Source: Candidatus Micrarchaeota archaeon (GTDB lineage: Archaea; Micrarchaeota; Micrarchaeia; Micrarchaeales; Micrarchaeaceae). Taken from it: 15,745 bases of DNA. The notes beneath the pieces are model-generated. The model did not search any database. It was not told the DNA's origin and saw only the letters and a program-made list of their open reading frames with translations. The stretch spans positions 1 to 15,745 of the forward strand of contig DAHWIF010000003.1 in assembly GCA_027345565.1 (NCBI GenBank), in the 5' to 3' direction. Positions 15,523 to 15,745 of the stretch are shown in pieces. Every line of letters begins with the position of its first letter. The stretch's first letter is position 1. The translations under genes were made by a program, and so were the position numbers.

Positions 15523-15745
15523 TCATCTCCTGTATCTGTAATAGCTGACGACCTTCCCGAATCTCCTATCGACCCTTTTGGCGAGGTAGTCGACCACATC
15601 CTTGGGTTCACCATCCTTTCGGAACTTCGCCTTAACGAGGTATCCGTAGTCGCCGTCTGTGAGGAAGACCTCCTGGACAGGCTTCAAGGAAAGCATCTTC
15701 TCAATGAAGGCGGCTGAGTCCATGCTCTCCTTCGGCGAGATGAGA
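15523..15745 (-). CDS. Lrp/AsnC ligand-binding-domain-like protein, C-terminal part (frame open to the right edge)
   Basis: VQEVFLTDGDYGYLVKAKF resembles the AsnC/RAM 'V.ev...tG.yD.lvk' motif. Upstream frame LISPKES has no stop. Confidence 0.55.
   Translation of the reverse strand, partial: LISPKESMDSAAFIEKMLSLKPVQEVFLTDGDYGYLVKAKFRKDGEPKDVVDYLAKRVDRRFGKVVSYYRYRR

Overview
Archaeal genomic window, probably DPANN/Micrarchaeota-like (inferred from gene set, TATA-box promoters, GGTGA-type RBS and CCA-less tRNA genes). Positions ~1-1735 are a visibly AT-richer accessory stretch at the 3' end of tRNA-Cys(GCA). It holds a partial pentapeptide-repeat gene, a hicB-hicA toxin-antitoxin pair and a SET/post-SET methyltransferase. 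The rest is mostly housekeeping and rich in translation and protein-export genes: 4xCBS+HPF/RaiA-like putative hibernation factor, class III signal (pilin-like) protein, Nmd3, SecD, SecF, Rio1, ThiI, SecE, a short NFACT-R/Rqc2-like protein, tRNA-Leu(CAG), APC permease, YchF-type GTPase, Sec61beta/SecG and a partial Lrp/AsnC-like gene, plus orphan ORFs. The pentapeptide, hicA and Sec61beta genes are absent from the ORF track. Main observations: (1) an 11-bp direct repeat of the tRNA-Cys 3' end brackets a 1.3-kb hicBA+SET islet with no integrase; (2) hicA lacks an ATG and starts with ACG in frame right after the hicB TAG; (3) two unrelated accessory genes 8 kb apart share a position-matched promoter and a 14-bp upstream motif.
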